Part shown: positions 40,114 through 48,343 of the stretch, piece by piece
How the letters are laid out: each line of letters starts with the position of its first letter
Numbering within the stretch: position 1 is the stretch's first letter
DNA from: a virus
Lineage: Duplodnaviria; Caudoviricetes
Direction: 5' to 3' (one strand)
IMG/VR virus record: IMGVR_UViG_3300021791_000002
Location: 1-63,557 of that record
Length of the DNA stretch: 63,557 nucleotides
Made by a program: the position numbers and the translations under genes
Notes under the pieces: model-generated
What the model was told of the DNA's origin: nothing
Seen by the model: only the letters and a program-made list of their open reading frames with translations
The model's database searches: none

Positions 40114-40302
40114 TTAAAAATCCTCTGGACTCAATTCTCCCGCTATATGTATACGGGTGGAATGAAAGAAACTGAATTCCTCTCCCGCTCCCTCCGTGCT
40201 AGATAAATCGTCTAATACCTTTAACATGTCCAAAATGATCTCCTTGTGATCTTCTGTTGGAACAGTTATCTGAATGATGATGCTCCCGCTGAAATCTCTC
40301 AT
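40114..40302 (-). CDS. Hypothetical protein
   Basis: AAGGAG RBS; part of the minus-strand operon. Confidence 0.5.
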   Translation of the reverse strand: MRDFSGSIIIQITVPTEDHKEIILDMLKVLDDLSSTEGAGEEFSFFHSTRIHIAGELSPEDF

Positions 40303-40328
40303 TTGACTCCTTGAGTTTTAGATGTAGG

Positions 40329-40553
40329 TCATTTTGGGGCAGACCCGTGAAGATCGTGGAATTTAAGAGCATCCCTGATCTTTGATAAAGCATCGTTAAA
40401 GTCCTCCTCGCTCCAACAGGCATCTAACCCGTCAGCGTTGGGTATAGGCACATATGCAATGGCTCCCGCTTGGGCGACTGTCAGGACAATCTTTAACTCG
40501 TCATCTCTTAATTCATACCACTCTTTCTTCATGAATCTCTCCGGGTTGAACAA
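40329..40553 (-). CDS. Hypothetical protein
   Basis: Coupled to the recombinase gene; start probably at the MKKEW ATG. Confidence 0.5.
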   Translation of the reverse strand: MFNPERFMKKEWYELRDDELKIVLTVAQAGAIAYVPIPNADGLDACWSEEDFNDALSKIRDALKFHDLHGSAPK

Positions 40554-41268
40554 AATTTAAAAATCGGCGAATCTGACATGCAGTGAACTCCTTGCCCCTG
40601 CTGTTGACTAACCCCTGCGAAAAAGCTGAACTCGAAATACCCCTTAATGATAGTTCGGGGTTGTTCGCCTTGATTCCCTGTATCGTACGAATCATATCAG
40701 GGTTGAACTCATGATAACCCTTTGCACCTCCGCATTTCCCCTCACCGTGTTTGTTTAATTGACGCTTTAATCCGCAAGCCTTGCGTCTCCCAGATTGTAA
40801 ACGCAATGTGATCATGTTGCGCTCAAGATCAGAAACAGCAGCAAGGACCATCCGAATGAACTTCCGGGTCGGATCAGTCGCATCGTTGTTTAGAAATAAA
40901 TCAGGTGCGTTGACGGGGACGATATCTAATCCTTCTAACTTGAGCATGTTGCGTCCCAACTCGGTGATGATTACATCGCGTGAAAATCTGGAAATATCCT
41001 CTACCAGTATGTAATCAACGTCATTGTCCTGACAGTAATGTATTAATGATATGAATGCCGGACGCTTTGCCAGATCAGTAGTCCCGCTGACCCCAGCATC
41101 GTAAAATGTAACCCAACTTTCGTTTCTGCCAGAACCCTCTGCTAGTAGCTCGATTCCAGATTCTTCGGCGTACGATACACACTTTGCAATCTGCCTGTCA
41201 TCGGAATCCTTGTCTTCGCCAACATTGACTTGAGTTGAAGTGCGTATGTATATCACTGCTTTTTTCAT
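40513..41268 (-). CDS. Serine recombinase, resolvase family
   Basis: YIRTST catalytic Ser, DAGVSGT, RPAF, VEDISRFSR, LERNMITLRLQSGR. Confidence 0.9.
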   Translation of the reverse strand: MKKAVIYIRTSTQVNVGEDKDSDDRQIAKCVSYAEESGIELLAEGSGRNESWVTFYDAGVSGTTDLAKRPAFISLIHYCQDNDVDYILVEDISRFSRDVIITELGRNMLKLEGLDIVPVNAPDLFLNNDATDPTRKFIRMVLAAVSDLERNMITLRLQSGRRKACGLKRQLNKHGEGKCGGAKGYHEFNPDMIRTIQGIKANNPELSLRGISSSAFSQGLVNSRGKEFTACQIRRFLNFVQPGEIHEERVV

Positions 41269-41271
41269 TAC

Positions 41272-41469
41272 TTACTCCCGTATTGTTACGCCCCCGGCAC
41301 ATTGTGCCTGAGATTTTATACCTTGGATTGCATCAAGTGCTTCCTCGATGCGCTTGTCTACCCGTTGGGGGTAGTCGGTGTTCCAGTACAACCACTCGTA
41401 ATCGTGACTGGCTTTTAGGAGACGCTGACACTCCTTTAGTGCCTCTTCTGCGACTTTTAGCTTTGTCAT
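41272..41469 (-). CDS. Hypothetical protein, paralogue of 41493-41741
   Basis: Shares LKECQRLLK and DK.I..ALDAI. Confidence 0.6.
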   Translation of the reverse strand: MTKLKVAEEALKECQRLLKASHDYEWLYWNTDYPQRVDKRIEEALDAIQGIKSQAQCAGGVTIRE

Positions 41470-41492
41470 TGTAACCCTCCTTAGCTCATTGG

Positions 41493-41741
41493 TTAATTTT
41501 CATTTAGATATCCGGCCTTTTCTAAACGCCGCATTTCAGTATCATCTTCAAGACAAAGATAGTAGTCCCTGTTCCTCGCCTCGTGAATGGCATCCAGCGC
41601 ATCCGAAATGTGTTTGTCCGCCCTGTGGAGCGGGGTGCTGCAAATGTAATTGTCTACGGACTTTAGTAGTCGCTGACACTCCTTTAGTGTCTGCTGTACT
41701 TGTAATAGACTCATTTTCATTTTATAGGATTTGTGTGCCAA
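41493..41741 (-). CDS. Hypothetical protein, paralogue of 41272-41469
   Basis: Shares LKECQRLLK and DK.I..ALDAI; AGGAG RBS. Confidence 0.6.
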   Translation of the reverse strand: MAHKSYKMKMSLLQVQQTLKECQRLLKSVDNYICSTPLHRADKHISDALDAIHEARNRDYYLCLEDDTEMRRLEKAGYLNEN

Positions 41742-41816
41742 TTTCTCTCCTAGTTATGGGTGCGGGATTGCACCACAAGGCGCACCTTCCGATGCGCCCA
41801 AGCTGAAATCCCTTAC

Positions 41817-42014
41817 CTAATATCCAAGCACTCGGAAACTTTTTTGATGGTGATCGCATTCCGGGCAATCAAAGGAAAGAATATCTCTTCCTTCATAGTC
41901 CTCTTCGATATTAGTCGTTTTCACTTTTAGTTCGTTGATCCAGTCATCGCACACCTCGCAGAAGACCTTTACGATCATGCCCTCTATACCAATGTTGTTT
42001 TCTTTCATCCTCAT
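41817..42014 (-). CDS. Small zinc-ribbon protein
   Basis: CEVC...CPEC. Confidence 0.6.
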   Translation of the reverse strand: MRMKENNIGIEGMIVKVFCEVCDDWINELKVKTTNIEEDYEGRDILSFDCPECDHHQKSFRVLGY

Positions 42015-42274
42015 GTCATATCTCGTTGGCGGAATTCTTTTGCTGCTTTTGCTTGGTATCTTCGTAAGAGCTTGTATGCTTCAACTGCTACCTGCTCCTT
42101 TTCTATTGCTTCCCAGTTTACCCGACTAGGCATTGCAACGATATAGTTTCGGTACAACTGAAGCAGGTTTAGTGTTGAAGGTTTTCCTTCCCTACGTTCT
42201 TCTTGCATTTCTGGGATTGATCTAAGAAAGGAAATCTCGTCTTGTGTTGTCCACAATGTTCGGTCAGGTTCCAT
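42011..42274 (-). CDS. Hypothetical protein
   Basis: Coupled ORF; WTTQDEISFL. Confidence 0.55.
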   Translation of the reverse strand: MEPDRTLWTTQDEISFLRSIPEMQEERREGKPSTLNLLQLYRNYIVAMPSRVNWEAIEKEQVAVEAYKLLRRYQAKAAKEFRQRDMT

Positions 42275-42482
42275 GTTTTTCGTCTTTGTTAATAGTTAAC
42301 ATTACATCGTCCACTGTACAATCCAGTGTGTGATGCGTTTCGTATTCAATCCCCTTCTCTTTCAGTAGTTCGCAAATGAGTCTGGCGGTTACTCCGTTGA
42401 GAGTCAGGAATTTATCGTGATTCGTTGTGATCGTAAAGATCGTGCAACGTACACGTTTTGGGGTAGATAATTGTTCCATCAT
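42264..42482 (-). CDS. Hypothetical protein
   Basis: Coupled ORF (ATGA overlap with the upstream gene). Confidence 0.5.
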   Translation of the reverse strand: MMEQLSTPKRVRCTIFTITTNHDKFLTLNGVTARLICELLKEKGIEYETHHTLDCTVDDVMLTINKDEKHGT

Positions 42483-42916
42483 ATCCCGTATTTCTTACCT
42501 AACCTGCTCCCTTTTATTTCTAACAGCAGGACCATGTGTTTTATTGTTTGTTCCCCCGGGCAACGTCTGAACTGCTCCCACTGCGAAACAGTGATTTTAG
42601 CGACACCTAGTAGTTTCGCACATGATTTTTGTGTGAGGTTTAGTTCTTTCCGTGCCATCCGTATCCACGAGCATCTCTCATACTCCTCTGGTGTTTTAAT
42701 TGTTGAAAGATTGACATGTTGGTCGGATGCCCACATGGTTTGCATCCACTCGCTTAAAACTCGTCTTGCGGTTGGCATGTTAATCCCAAAATGATTAACT
42801 AATAGCCCTGCAGCATCAAACATATTATGCTCTCCTTCCTCTCTAATCTTGTTTAGATAAGAGTGTGGATCGAAAGTTTCATTTGTACTACTTAGGTTTT
42901 TCTTGATAATTGGCAT
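42479..42916 (-). CDS. Xre-family HTH protein with an extra N-terminal domain
   Basis: IRMARKELNLTQKSCAKLLGVAKITVSQWE; AAGGAG RBS. Confidence 0.8.
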   Translation of the reverse strand: MPIIKKNLSSTNETFDPHSYLNKIREEGEHNMFDAAGLLVNHFGINMPTARRVLSEWMQTMWASDQHVNLSTIKTPEEYERCSWIRMARKELNLTQKSCAKLLGVAKITVSQWEQFRRCPGEQTIKHMVLLLEIKGSRLGKKYGI

Positions 42917-42945
42917 TTTTTACTCCTTAGTTTATGTGTCATTGA

Positions 42946-43116
42946 TTCTGCTTTTGGTCCATCCAAGAACAGAAAAAAACGCCAGTAGTTTAGAGGTTTC
43001 ACAGGTTTGCACCTCCGCTCGTAAACTTAACGGGACTGGCGGCTCCGACTCGCTCCAGAGTAAGGCCGTTTGATTGTGACCGCTACGGTCACCCCCTCAT
43101 CGAGTTCGGCTCTCGA
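42946..43116 (-). ncRNA. Candidate multi-hairpin intergenic RNA/attenuator
   Basis: Several consecutive stems; CGCCAGT/ACTGGCG stem followed by a T-tract on the minus strand. Confidence 0.4.
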
Positions 43117-43434
43117 CTAGCCGTTAGCTAGACGGCGTTTCGCGTCTTGCTTTAAAGAAGTATTTACGAATATACTTAGGTTAACTGCATCAGCGTTACT
43201 TGCATCGTACGTTGCAAACTTGTGATATGATGCAACGATATCTAACATCGCCAGTATCACGTTTTGTTGATTTGTTCGATGCGTCTGATCATGAAGATAA
43301 TCTAATACCGCACGATTCATTGCGTTGTTGATTTGTGGATTCCTTCCCAATCGTTCAACAATTTCTTTTGCTTCTTTTGATAGCATGTCTCGTTCAATCA
43401 GTGATCGGATTGCCTCTTCTTGTATACAGGTCAA
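43117..43434 (-). CDS. Hypothetical protein
   Basis: Coupled to the helicase stop. Confidence 0.5.
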   Translation of the reverse strand: MTCIQEEAIRSLIERDMLSKEAKEIVERLGRNPQINNAMNRAVLDYLHDQTHRTNQQNVILAMLDIVASYHKFATYDASNADAVNLSIFVNTSLKQDAKRRLANG

Positions 43435-45071
43435 ACTTTTTCTCCCTTGAATTTTAGACTTTTGATTTCTAGAAATCGTTGGTCTTTACTTGTTCCGACT
43501 TGAACCATTAGTGGTTTTCTTAGTTCGCCGATTCTTTTGATTGCGTCCTTTGAACTTTTGGGACTCGGTAATACTCCGTAATGTTTTGTCCACCACTTTT
43601 TGCATTTGTTCCTCGCCCAAGTGCTAGGGTGATTAAAGGGCATCCAGTTTGAGACTTCTTGTTTATTGTCATCGTCATCTTGTATAGTGTACACGGCCTT
43701 TAGAGATCGCTTACCTGACGCGATGTTTCTGTACTCGGAGTAGACTACCCTGATAACTTCAAACCAAGCAGGGACGCTTAGAATCGATAGTGCGGATGCT
43801 TTGCTTTTAAGCTTTGATTGGGGAACAGGAAACGGTTGTCCGCATTCGATGCAAATTCTTGCTTGAATCATGTTTGGAAATCCGCAATTCGGGCAATCCT
43901 TTGTCGGCATCTTTTTCGGACTTTCCCCATCTTGCCCTTCTGCTCTTACTAGCGGCAAATCAATCGGACCATGACGACTGATGTTTTGCCCGAAGTCTAA
44001 AATAACTACATCTTGTTTTTGTGGATGAGTTCGTAGTCCTCGCCCAACCATCTGTACATACAGACCTGTAGATTTAGTCGGTCGCAGCAGTGCAACAAGG
44101 TCAATGTCCTTAACATCAAAACCTTCAGTCAGACAATTGACGTTTGTCAGTACTTTGAATTTTCCACTCCTAAAATCTGATACAACCTGTTCGCGGTCTG
44201 TTGGTTTCATTTTACTGTGAATCGTTTCTGCTGAAATCGCGTGTACTTCCCGTAGTAATTGTGCGGTGTCCTCGGCTTGTTTAATAGATGCAGTGAAAAC
44301 AATCCACTTCTCCCTCGTTGTTTTGTATTGTGCAAGTTCATTTACTATTTTTCCCAATTGTGGGTGCATCGTACGCTCAATGTCAGCAGGGACGTATTCT
44401 CCGCCTTGTATTTTTGTTTTTCCGAAATTTGTTTTGGTTGATGCCTTTACTGAAGTCGGCGCACATAAGAAGCCACCGTTAATTAGATCAAGAATCGGGA
44501 CGTTGTGTGCTAGTTCGGAAAACATTTTGCCAAGACCGTAAACTTTACCTGTTCCCATCCGATACGGAGTTGCAGACAATCCGACTATTTTTGGTGCATC
44601 CTTAAATACTCCTTCTCTCCAACCTTGGTCGAACAAGAAACTCTTATACATTGTTTCTGAATCTGTAGGTATCCGGTGCGCCTCATCAACGATGATCAGG
44701 TCAAATTTTCCAACCTTCCCTCCGGCTTTATTCCCGGAGTTTGTTTTCTTGTACACGCTTTGGATGTTCGCACAAACTACTTGTGCATCACCCTGCTTTT
44801 TTCGCAGACTCGCAGAGTATATCCCAACCTCATTATCGATGATTTCAGATAGAGTTTCATGGTTCTGACGTACAAGTTCACCAATGTGTGCGAGTATTAT
44901 AACCCGTGCGTCCGGGTTCTTTATAAGCCAAGCTTTCGCTAGGTATCCTGCAATAATAGTCTTGCCGCCCCCCGTGGGAACAGAGATCACAGGGTTCACT
45001 CCCTCTCTTTGCATTGCAGACCAGCAAGCAGTCAATGCTTCTCTCTGGTGATTGTAGGGTATGAATTTCAT
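43431..45071 (-). CDS. SF2 DEAH-box helicase (RadD/UvsW-like) with Zn ribbon
   Basis: PTGGGKT, DEAH, SATP, LTEGFD, QMVGRGLR, CPNC/CIEC. Confidence 0.92.
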   Translation of the reverse strand: MKFIPYNHQREALTACWSAMQREGVNPVISVPTGGGKTIIAGYLAKAWLIKNPDARVIILAHIGELVRQNHETLSEIIDNEVGIYSASLRKKQGDAQVVCANIQSVYKKTNSGNKAGGKVGKFDLIIVDEAHRIPTDSETMYKSFLFDQGWREGVFKDAPKIVGLSATPYRMGTGKVYGLGKMFSELAHNVPILDLINGGFLCAPTSVKASTKTNFGKTKIQGGEYVPADIERTMHPQLGKIVNELAQYKTTREKWIVFTASIKQAEDTAQLLREVHAISAETIHSKMKPTDREQVVSDFRSGKFKVLTNVNCLTEGFDVKDIDLVALLRPTKSTGLYVQMVGRGLRTHPQKQDVVILDFGQNISRHGPIDLPLVRAEGQDGESPKKMPTKDCPNCGFPNMIQARICIECGQPFPVPQSKLKSKASALSILSVPAWFEVIRVVYSEYRNIASGKRSLKAVYTIQDDDDNKQEVSNWMPFNHPSTWARNKCKKWWTKHYGVLPSPKSSKDAIKRIGELRKPLMVQVGTSKDQRFLEIKSLKFKGEKV

Positions 45072-45086
45072 TTTAAGTTTTTGGGT

Positions 45087-45113
45087 TCATCCCCTCAAGT
45101 TCAGAGGGGATGA
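45087..45113. other. Intergenic stem-loop
   Basis: TCATCCCCT-N9-AGGGGATGA flanked by GATT repeats. Confidence 0.45.
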
Positions 45114-45126
45114 TTGATTGATTGAT

Positions 45127-46329
45127 TTATTGTTTTGGGTTATTGACTGCAACCAGCAAAACAGGTCCGTCTTCTGGGTGCTTCATACATGCAAGTTGCC
45201 CCTGACGGTCAGGTTTAGACCAGACGGTAGTATCACAGGCACGATCACCTTGTGCTGACATTAACCTAATGTTTGGACACTCATACTTTACTTTGTTCCG
45301 GGAGCGGTGCAATGGTGCCGCTGGTTTAGGTTTTATTACTCCTCCTGCAGCACTTTCATTTGACATTCCCATCCAAGGCCAAAGAATTGATTCCGGGATC
45401 ATATCGTAAATTTGAGAGTATGCGCCCTCGCCCAAACCGTTTTCTTGCGTCATTACAAGATGAGTAATAGTCCTTCCAATTCTTGCACCGTCTTTGGTGC
45501 CATCGTTGGTAGTGTATAGTCCTAAGCTTTCCATCTTTGCGCTGAATGTTTTTCCATGATAATTATCTTTGGGGATTTTGTTGTCGGATTGTGCCGCGCA
45601 TGTAAATTCCCAATGATGACACATTTCATGCAATAACGTGCTGACTGCACGTTTCCCATCCCCCCGTGCGAACAACTCGAAATGAACTTGCGGGTTTAGT
45701 CCGATTTCACTCAATGTGTTTTCTCCGTTAGTCCAGATTCCGCCCTTTGGTGATCGGGAGAATCTGTAATATCCGTGTACGCTTCTCTGTTCCTGCAGAG
45801 TCAGCATGACGGGAGGCAATTCTCTTCCGAAAAACACACTATTAAAAATGTCAAATAATCGGGTGTAGCAGATATATTGCGGCAATATATCCGTAGTTGC
45901 AACACCTTCGGGTGCGCTTACCTCTACTGTTTCACTTATGATTTTCTTGACAATTTTCTTGTCAATTTCGAGGGGTATTACTTGCCCTCGGTGCATGAAC
46001 TCTGGGCCTACAAATTTTGGCGCTACTGTTTTCTTGGTTGCGACAACATAAGCAGTCGTCTGGGCTTTAGCTTTGGGCTTCGCTTTAGCTTCGGGCTTCG
46101 CTTTAGCTTTGGGCTTCGCTTTAGCTTTGGGCTTCGCTTTAGCTTTGGGCTTAGCTTTTGCTTTGGGCGTAGCTTTAGCTTTAGCTTTTGCTTTTGCTTT
46201 GGGCGTAGCTTTTGCTTTGGGCTTAGCTTTTGCTTTAGCTTTGGGCTTCGCTTTAGCTTTGGGCGTAGCGGTCTCTTTTTCTTCTTCTTGCATCGGTTCT
46301 GGTCCGATTGCTAGTTCCATTGGTGTCAT
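45127..46329 (-). CDS. SprT-like zinc metalloprotease with N-terminal K/A/P repeat tract
   Basis: FDIFNSVFFG.ELP, STLLHEMCH, YHGKTF, YECP; start placed at 46329 because the promoter lies at 46387-46414. Confidence 0.8.
   Translation of the reverse strand: MTPMELAIGPEPMQEEEKETATPKAKAKPKAKAKAKPKAKATPKAKAKAKAKATPKAKAKPKAKAKPKAKAKPKAKAKPEAKAKPKAKAQTTAYVVATKKTVAPKFVGPEFMHRGQVIPLEIDKKIVKKIISETVEVSAPEGVATTDILPQYICYTRLFDIFNSVFFGRELPPVMLTLQEQRSVHGYYRFSRSPKGGIWTNGENTLSEIGLNPQVHFELFARGDGKRAVSTLLHEMCHHWEFTCAAQSDNKIPKDNYHGKTFSAKMESLGLYTTNDGTKDGARIGRTITHLVMTQENGLGEGAYSQIYDMIPESILWPWMGMSNESAAGGVIKPKPAAPLHRSRNKVKYECPNIRLMSAQGDRACDTTVWSKPDRQGQLACMKHPEDGPVLLVAVNNPKQ
46062..46270 (-). repeat. Coding low-complexity repeat (KAKAKP/KAKATP)n
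   Basis: Tandem AAAGCT/AAAGCG/AAGCCC units. Confidence 0.9.
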
Positions 46330-46386
46330 GGTTTTCCCTGAAAGTTTGATTCGGTTGAACGCTAGCGGAATTGCTAGCGTTCTTCT

Positions 46387-46472
46387 AGTATACACGGTCC
46401 TAATGATATGTCAACGAATTAATACGGAAAAAATTGTATCTTTTTGTAACATAGCCATAATGTCATGAAATT
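46387..46472 (-). promoter_or_regulatory. Early sigma70-like promoter with conserved upstream box
   Basis: TTGACA-N16-TATACT; upstream sequence shared with 48257-48343; 5' hairpin ACGCTAGC/GCTAGCGT at 46359-46380. Confidence 0.7.
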
Positions 46473-46746
46473 ATACGGTTTTCTTACATGAAAATTCTTT
46501 GCACCGTGATGAATTTTTACCGTGAGCGTGGTATTCCCAATGCCTCCGGATGCATGACGTGTGGATGGGATATCCGTCTGAAATCCTCACGATTCCCCCG
46601 CAACATCGGCAAATAATTGGTTTAGCGGTCATGGCTTTTTTAGGTTGTTTGGGTTTTTGGACGACAAGTTTGACGGCTTCATTCGTCATTCTCATCTGTT
46701 CAGAAATTTCATTCCTGATATGTTTTGTTAATCGTCTTACAATCAT
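46471..46746 (-). CDS. Small Cys/His-rich hypothetical protein
   Basis: ATG after an A-rich leader; CRCC...HTSC. Confidence 0.5.
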   Translation of the reverse strand: MIVRRLTKHIRNEISEQMRMTNEAVKLVVQKPKQPKKAMTAKPIICRCCGGIVRISDGYPIHTSCIRRHWEYHAHGKNSSRCKEFSCKKTV

Positions 46747-46850
46747 ATAAGTTTTTTTCTAGATATAGTTTTAAAAAAAAATAATTCTAGGTTTAAGCCT
46801 GTTGGCTGTTAACTGCAAAAAGTTTCAGGTTTGGTCCCTCCTATATTTAG

Positions 46851-47081
46851 TTAAGGTTGATGTTTTTTTGCGGACGATCTTGCCATTTCGCAGAGTGAGT
46901 TTTTGAATGTTGATCTGCTACCCTCGCAAAACCGCTCCGCCCGTTCGTCTTCTTCTTTTGTACATCCGACATACCGTATAAACTTCAACAAAAATCTCCC
47001 CTCGAAAATTTCTGGACTGTCAATGATTGTTTGTAGAAGTGTTTCGTTTTCGTTTATTATTTTCATTTTTGTTATTTTCAT
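46851..47081 (-). CDS. Small hypothetical protein, cassette 2
   Basis: Starts MKI inside the 78-bp repeat; ends HQP in the shared tail. Confidence 0.5.
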   Translation of the reverse strand: MKITKMKIINENETLLQTIIDSPEIFEGRFLLKFIRYVGCTKEEDERAERFCEGSRSTFKNSLCEMARSSAKKHQP

Positions 47082-47149
47082 TTTTGTTTTTCTGGTATTA
47101 CTGTTGTCGGTCAACTGTAAAAATAGTTGACAGAATGCCGTGGTTGATT
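47072..47149. repeat. 78-bp direct repeat, copy B (hairpin-containing leader)
   Basis: 75/78 identical to 47329-47406. Confidence 0.9.
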
Positions 47150-47152
47150 TAG

Positions 47153-47338
47153 TTAAGGTTGATGTTGTTTGTCTTGCCCCCGAAGTAAAAAGCGTACCTT
47201 GGCGTTTTTATTGCTTTTGGTAGCACCAATCGTTTCCCTGATCGGGCGGGTCGCCTCAACCAACATCTTGTAGTCCATCTTTGCCAGCACCTCATCCACC
47301 TTCGTTGCATATGGTCTGGACTTAAATATTATTTTCAT
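47153..47338 (-). CDS. Small hypothetical protein, cassette 1
   Basis: Starts MKI inside the 78-bp repeat; ends HQP in the shared tail. Confidence 0.5.
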   Translation of the reverse strand: MKIIFKSRPYATKVDEVLAKMDYKMLVEATRPIRETIGATKSNKNAKVRFLLRGQDKQHQP

Positions 47339-47406
47339 TTTTGTTTTTCTGGTATTACTGTTGTCGGTCAACTGTAAAAATAGTTGACCGAATGTTGTGG
47401 TTGATT
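47329..47406. repeat. 78-bp direct repeat, copy A
   Basis: Contains the perfect stem TCGGTCAACT-N8-AGTTGACCGA. Confidence 0.9.
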
Positions 47407-48172
47407 AGGCTAGGTTTGCCTTGTATTTTTCGGCTGTTCCCTTTGTCCCGTGAGCAAGAATAAAAACATTCTTTTTGCCGCCAGAACATACCATGCAGTC
47501 CTCGCATTGTAGCTGCTTCCCTAATTCTTTTGATGCAGGACATATCATCTCATCACGTTGTACTTTGTCTTCGTCTGTACCTACGCGAAACGTATTTAAT
47601 CCCATCGAATTAGCCTTGGCTTTTTGCGCCAATGTTTCAACTGAAGCCATGGTGATATTCCTCCATGCTTCAATGTCAAAATCTTCGCGGTCCCATTGGT
47701 GAGAATATGATGTATGTGGCTTTCCGGAAATCGCTAAAAGTTTCTTCCAAGTTTTTGCAGGTATTGCTGCTGGATCACCATAGGCTCCGAAACGAATTTT
47801 TCTACCTCGGAAAGTATGCTGGTTTTCTTCGGAAATATCCGTATATTTTTCTGCTATAAATGATTTGAAAACTTGACCTATAGCGGGAGGGAAAACATAG
47901 CATGTTCGTTTTCCAGTTTTATTGCCTGTTTTTCTGTGAATGCATTTTCCACATATCGTATCATCGGAACCATCATTGATAGCATCTTGAGGATGCAAGT
48001 CTGACTTGATGATGTAAGTTTGTATTAAATCGCCAGTTTTTGAATTTGTTGTAGACGTTAAAGCTATTCCTAAAATAGGCTTTCCATCTAGCAAACTTGG
48101 TCCGTTGTAAAATACGATTCCTCGGGGCAAAATCTGTGACTGTGATTTGACATTATTGGTTGACTGTGACAT
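47405..48172 (-). CDS. Cys-rich early phage protein, possibly Fe-S-binding
   Basis: NSKTG, ICGKCIHR...CYV, RFGAYGDPAA, YSHQW, MASVE, CPAS...CEDCMVC, AHG. Confidence 0.65.
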   Translation of the reverse strand: MSQSTNNVKSQSQILPRGIVFYNGPSLLDGKPILGIALTSTTNSKTGDLIQTYIIKSDLHPQDAINDGSDDTICGKCIHRKTGNKTGKRTCYVFPPAIGQVFKSFIAEKYTDISEENQHTFRGRKIRFGAYGDPAAIPAKTWKKLLAISGKPHTSYSHQWDREDFDIEAWRNITMASVETLAQKAKANSMGLNTFRVGTDEDKVQRDEMICPASKELGKQLQCEDCMVCSGGKKNVFILAHGTKGTAEKYKANLA

Positions 48173-48256
48173 GGTGAGTTTTTTTCTAAAAGTTTCATTA
48201 ATTTAAAACGCTGAAAATCAGCATGTAACACAATGAGAATTCATTACGTTGAAAAC

Positions 48257-48343
48257 ATTCTCTCAAATTTCGTGAGGTATGTCAACGAAATTCTGCAATA
48301 AAAATTGTATCTTTTGGTAACAAGACCATAAGTGCATGAAATT
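48257..48343 (-). promoter_or_regulatory. Early sigma70-like promoter with conserved upstream box
   Basis: TTGACA-N17-GAGAAT with extended TG; upstream box shared with the 46387-46472 promoter. Confidence 0.65.

Noticed and set aside
42946-43116. Hammerhead or twister ribozyme
   Set aside because: Only partial resemblance; CUGAUGA/GAAA and twister cores could not be matched
45877-46468. Plus-strand hydrophobic repeat ORFs (GFALAL..., FSFGLR...)
   Set aside because: Antisense shadows of the KAKAKP repeat
46800-47406. CRISPR array or integron attC cassettes
   Set aside because: Repeats are 78 bp with ORF-sized inserts; no integron integrase and no clear RYYYAAC/GTTRRRY arrangement
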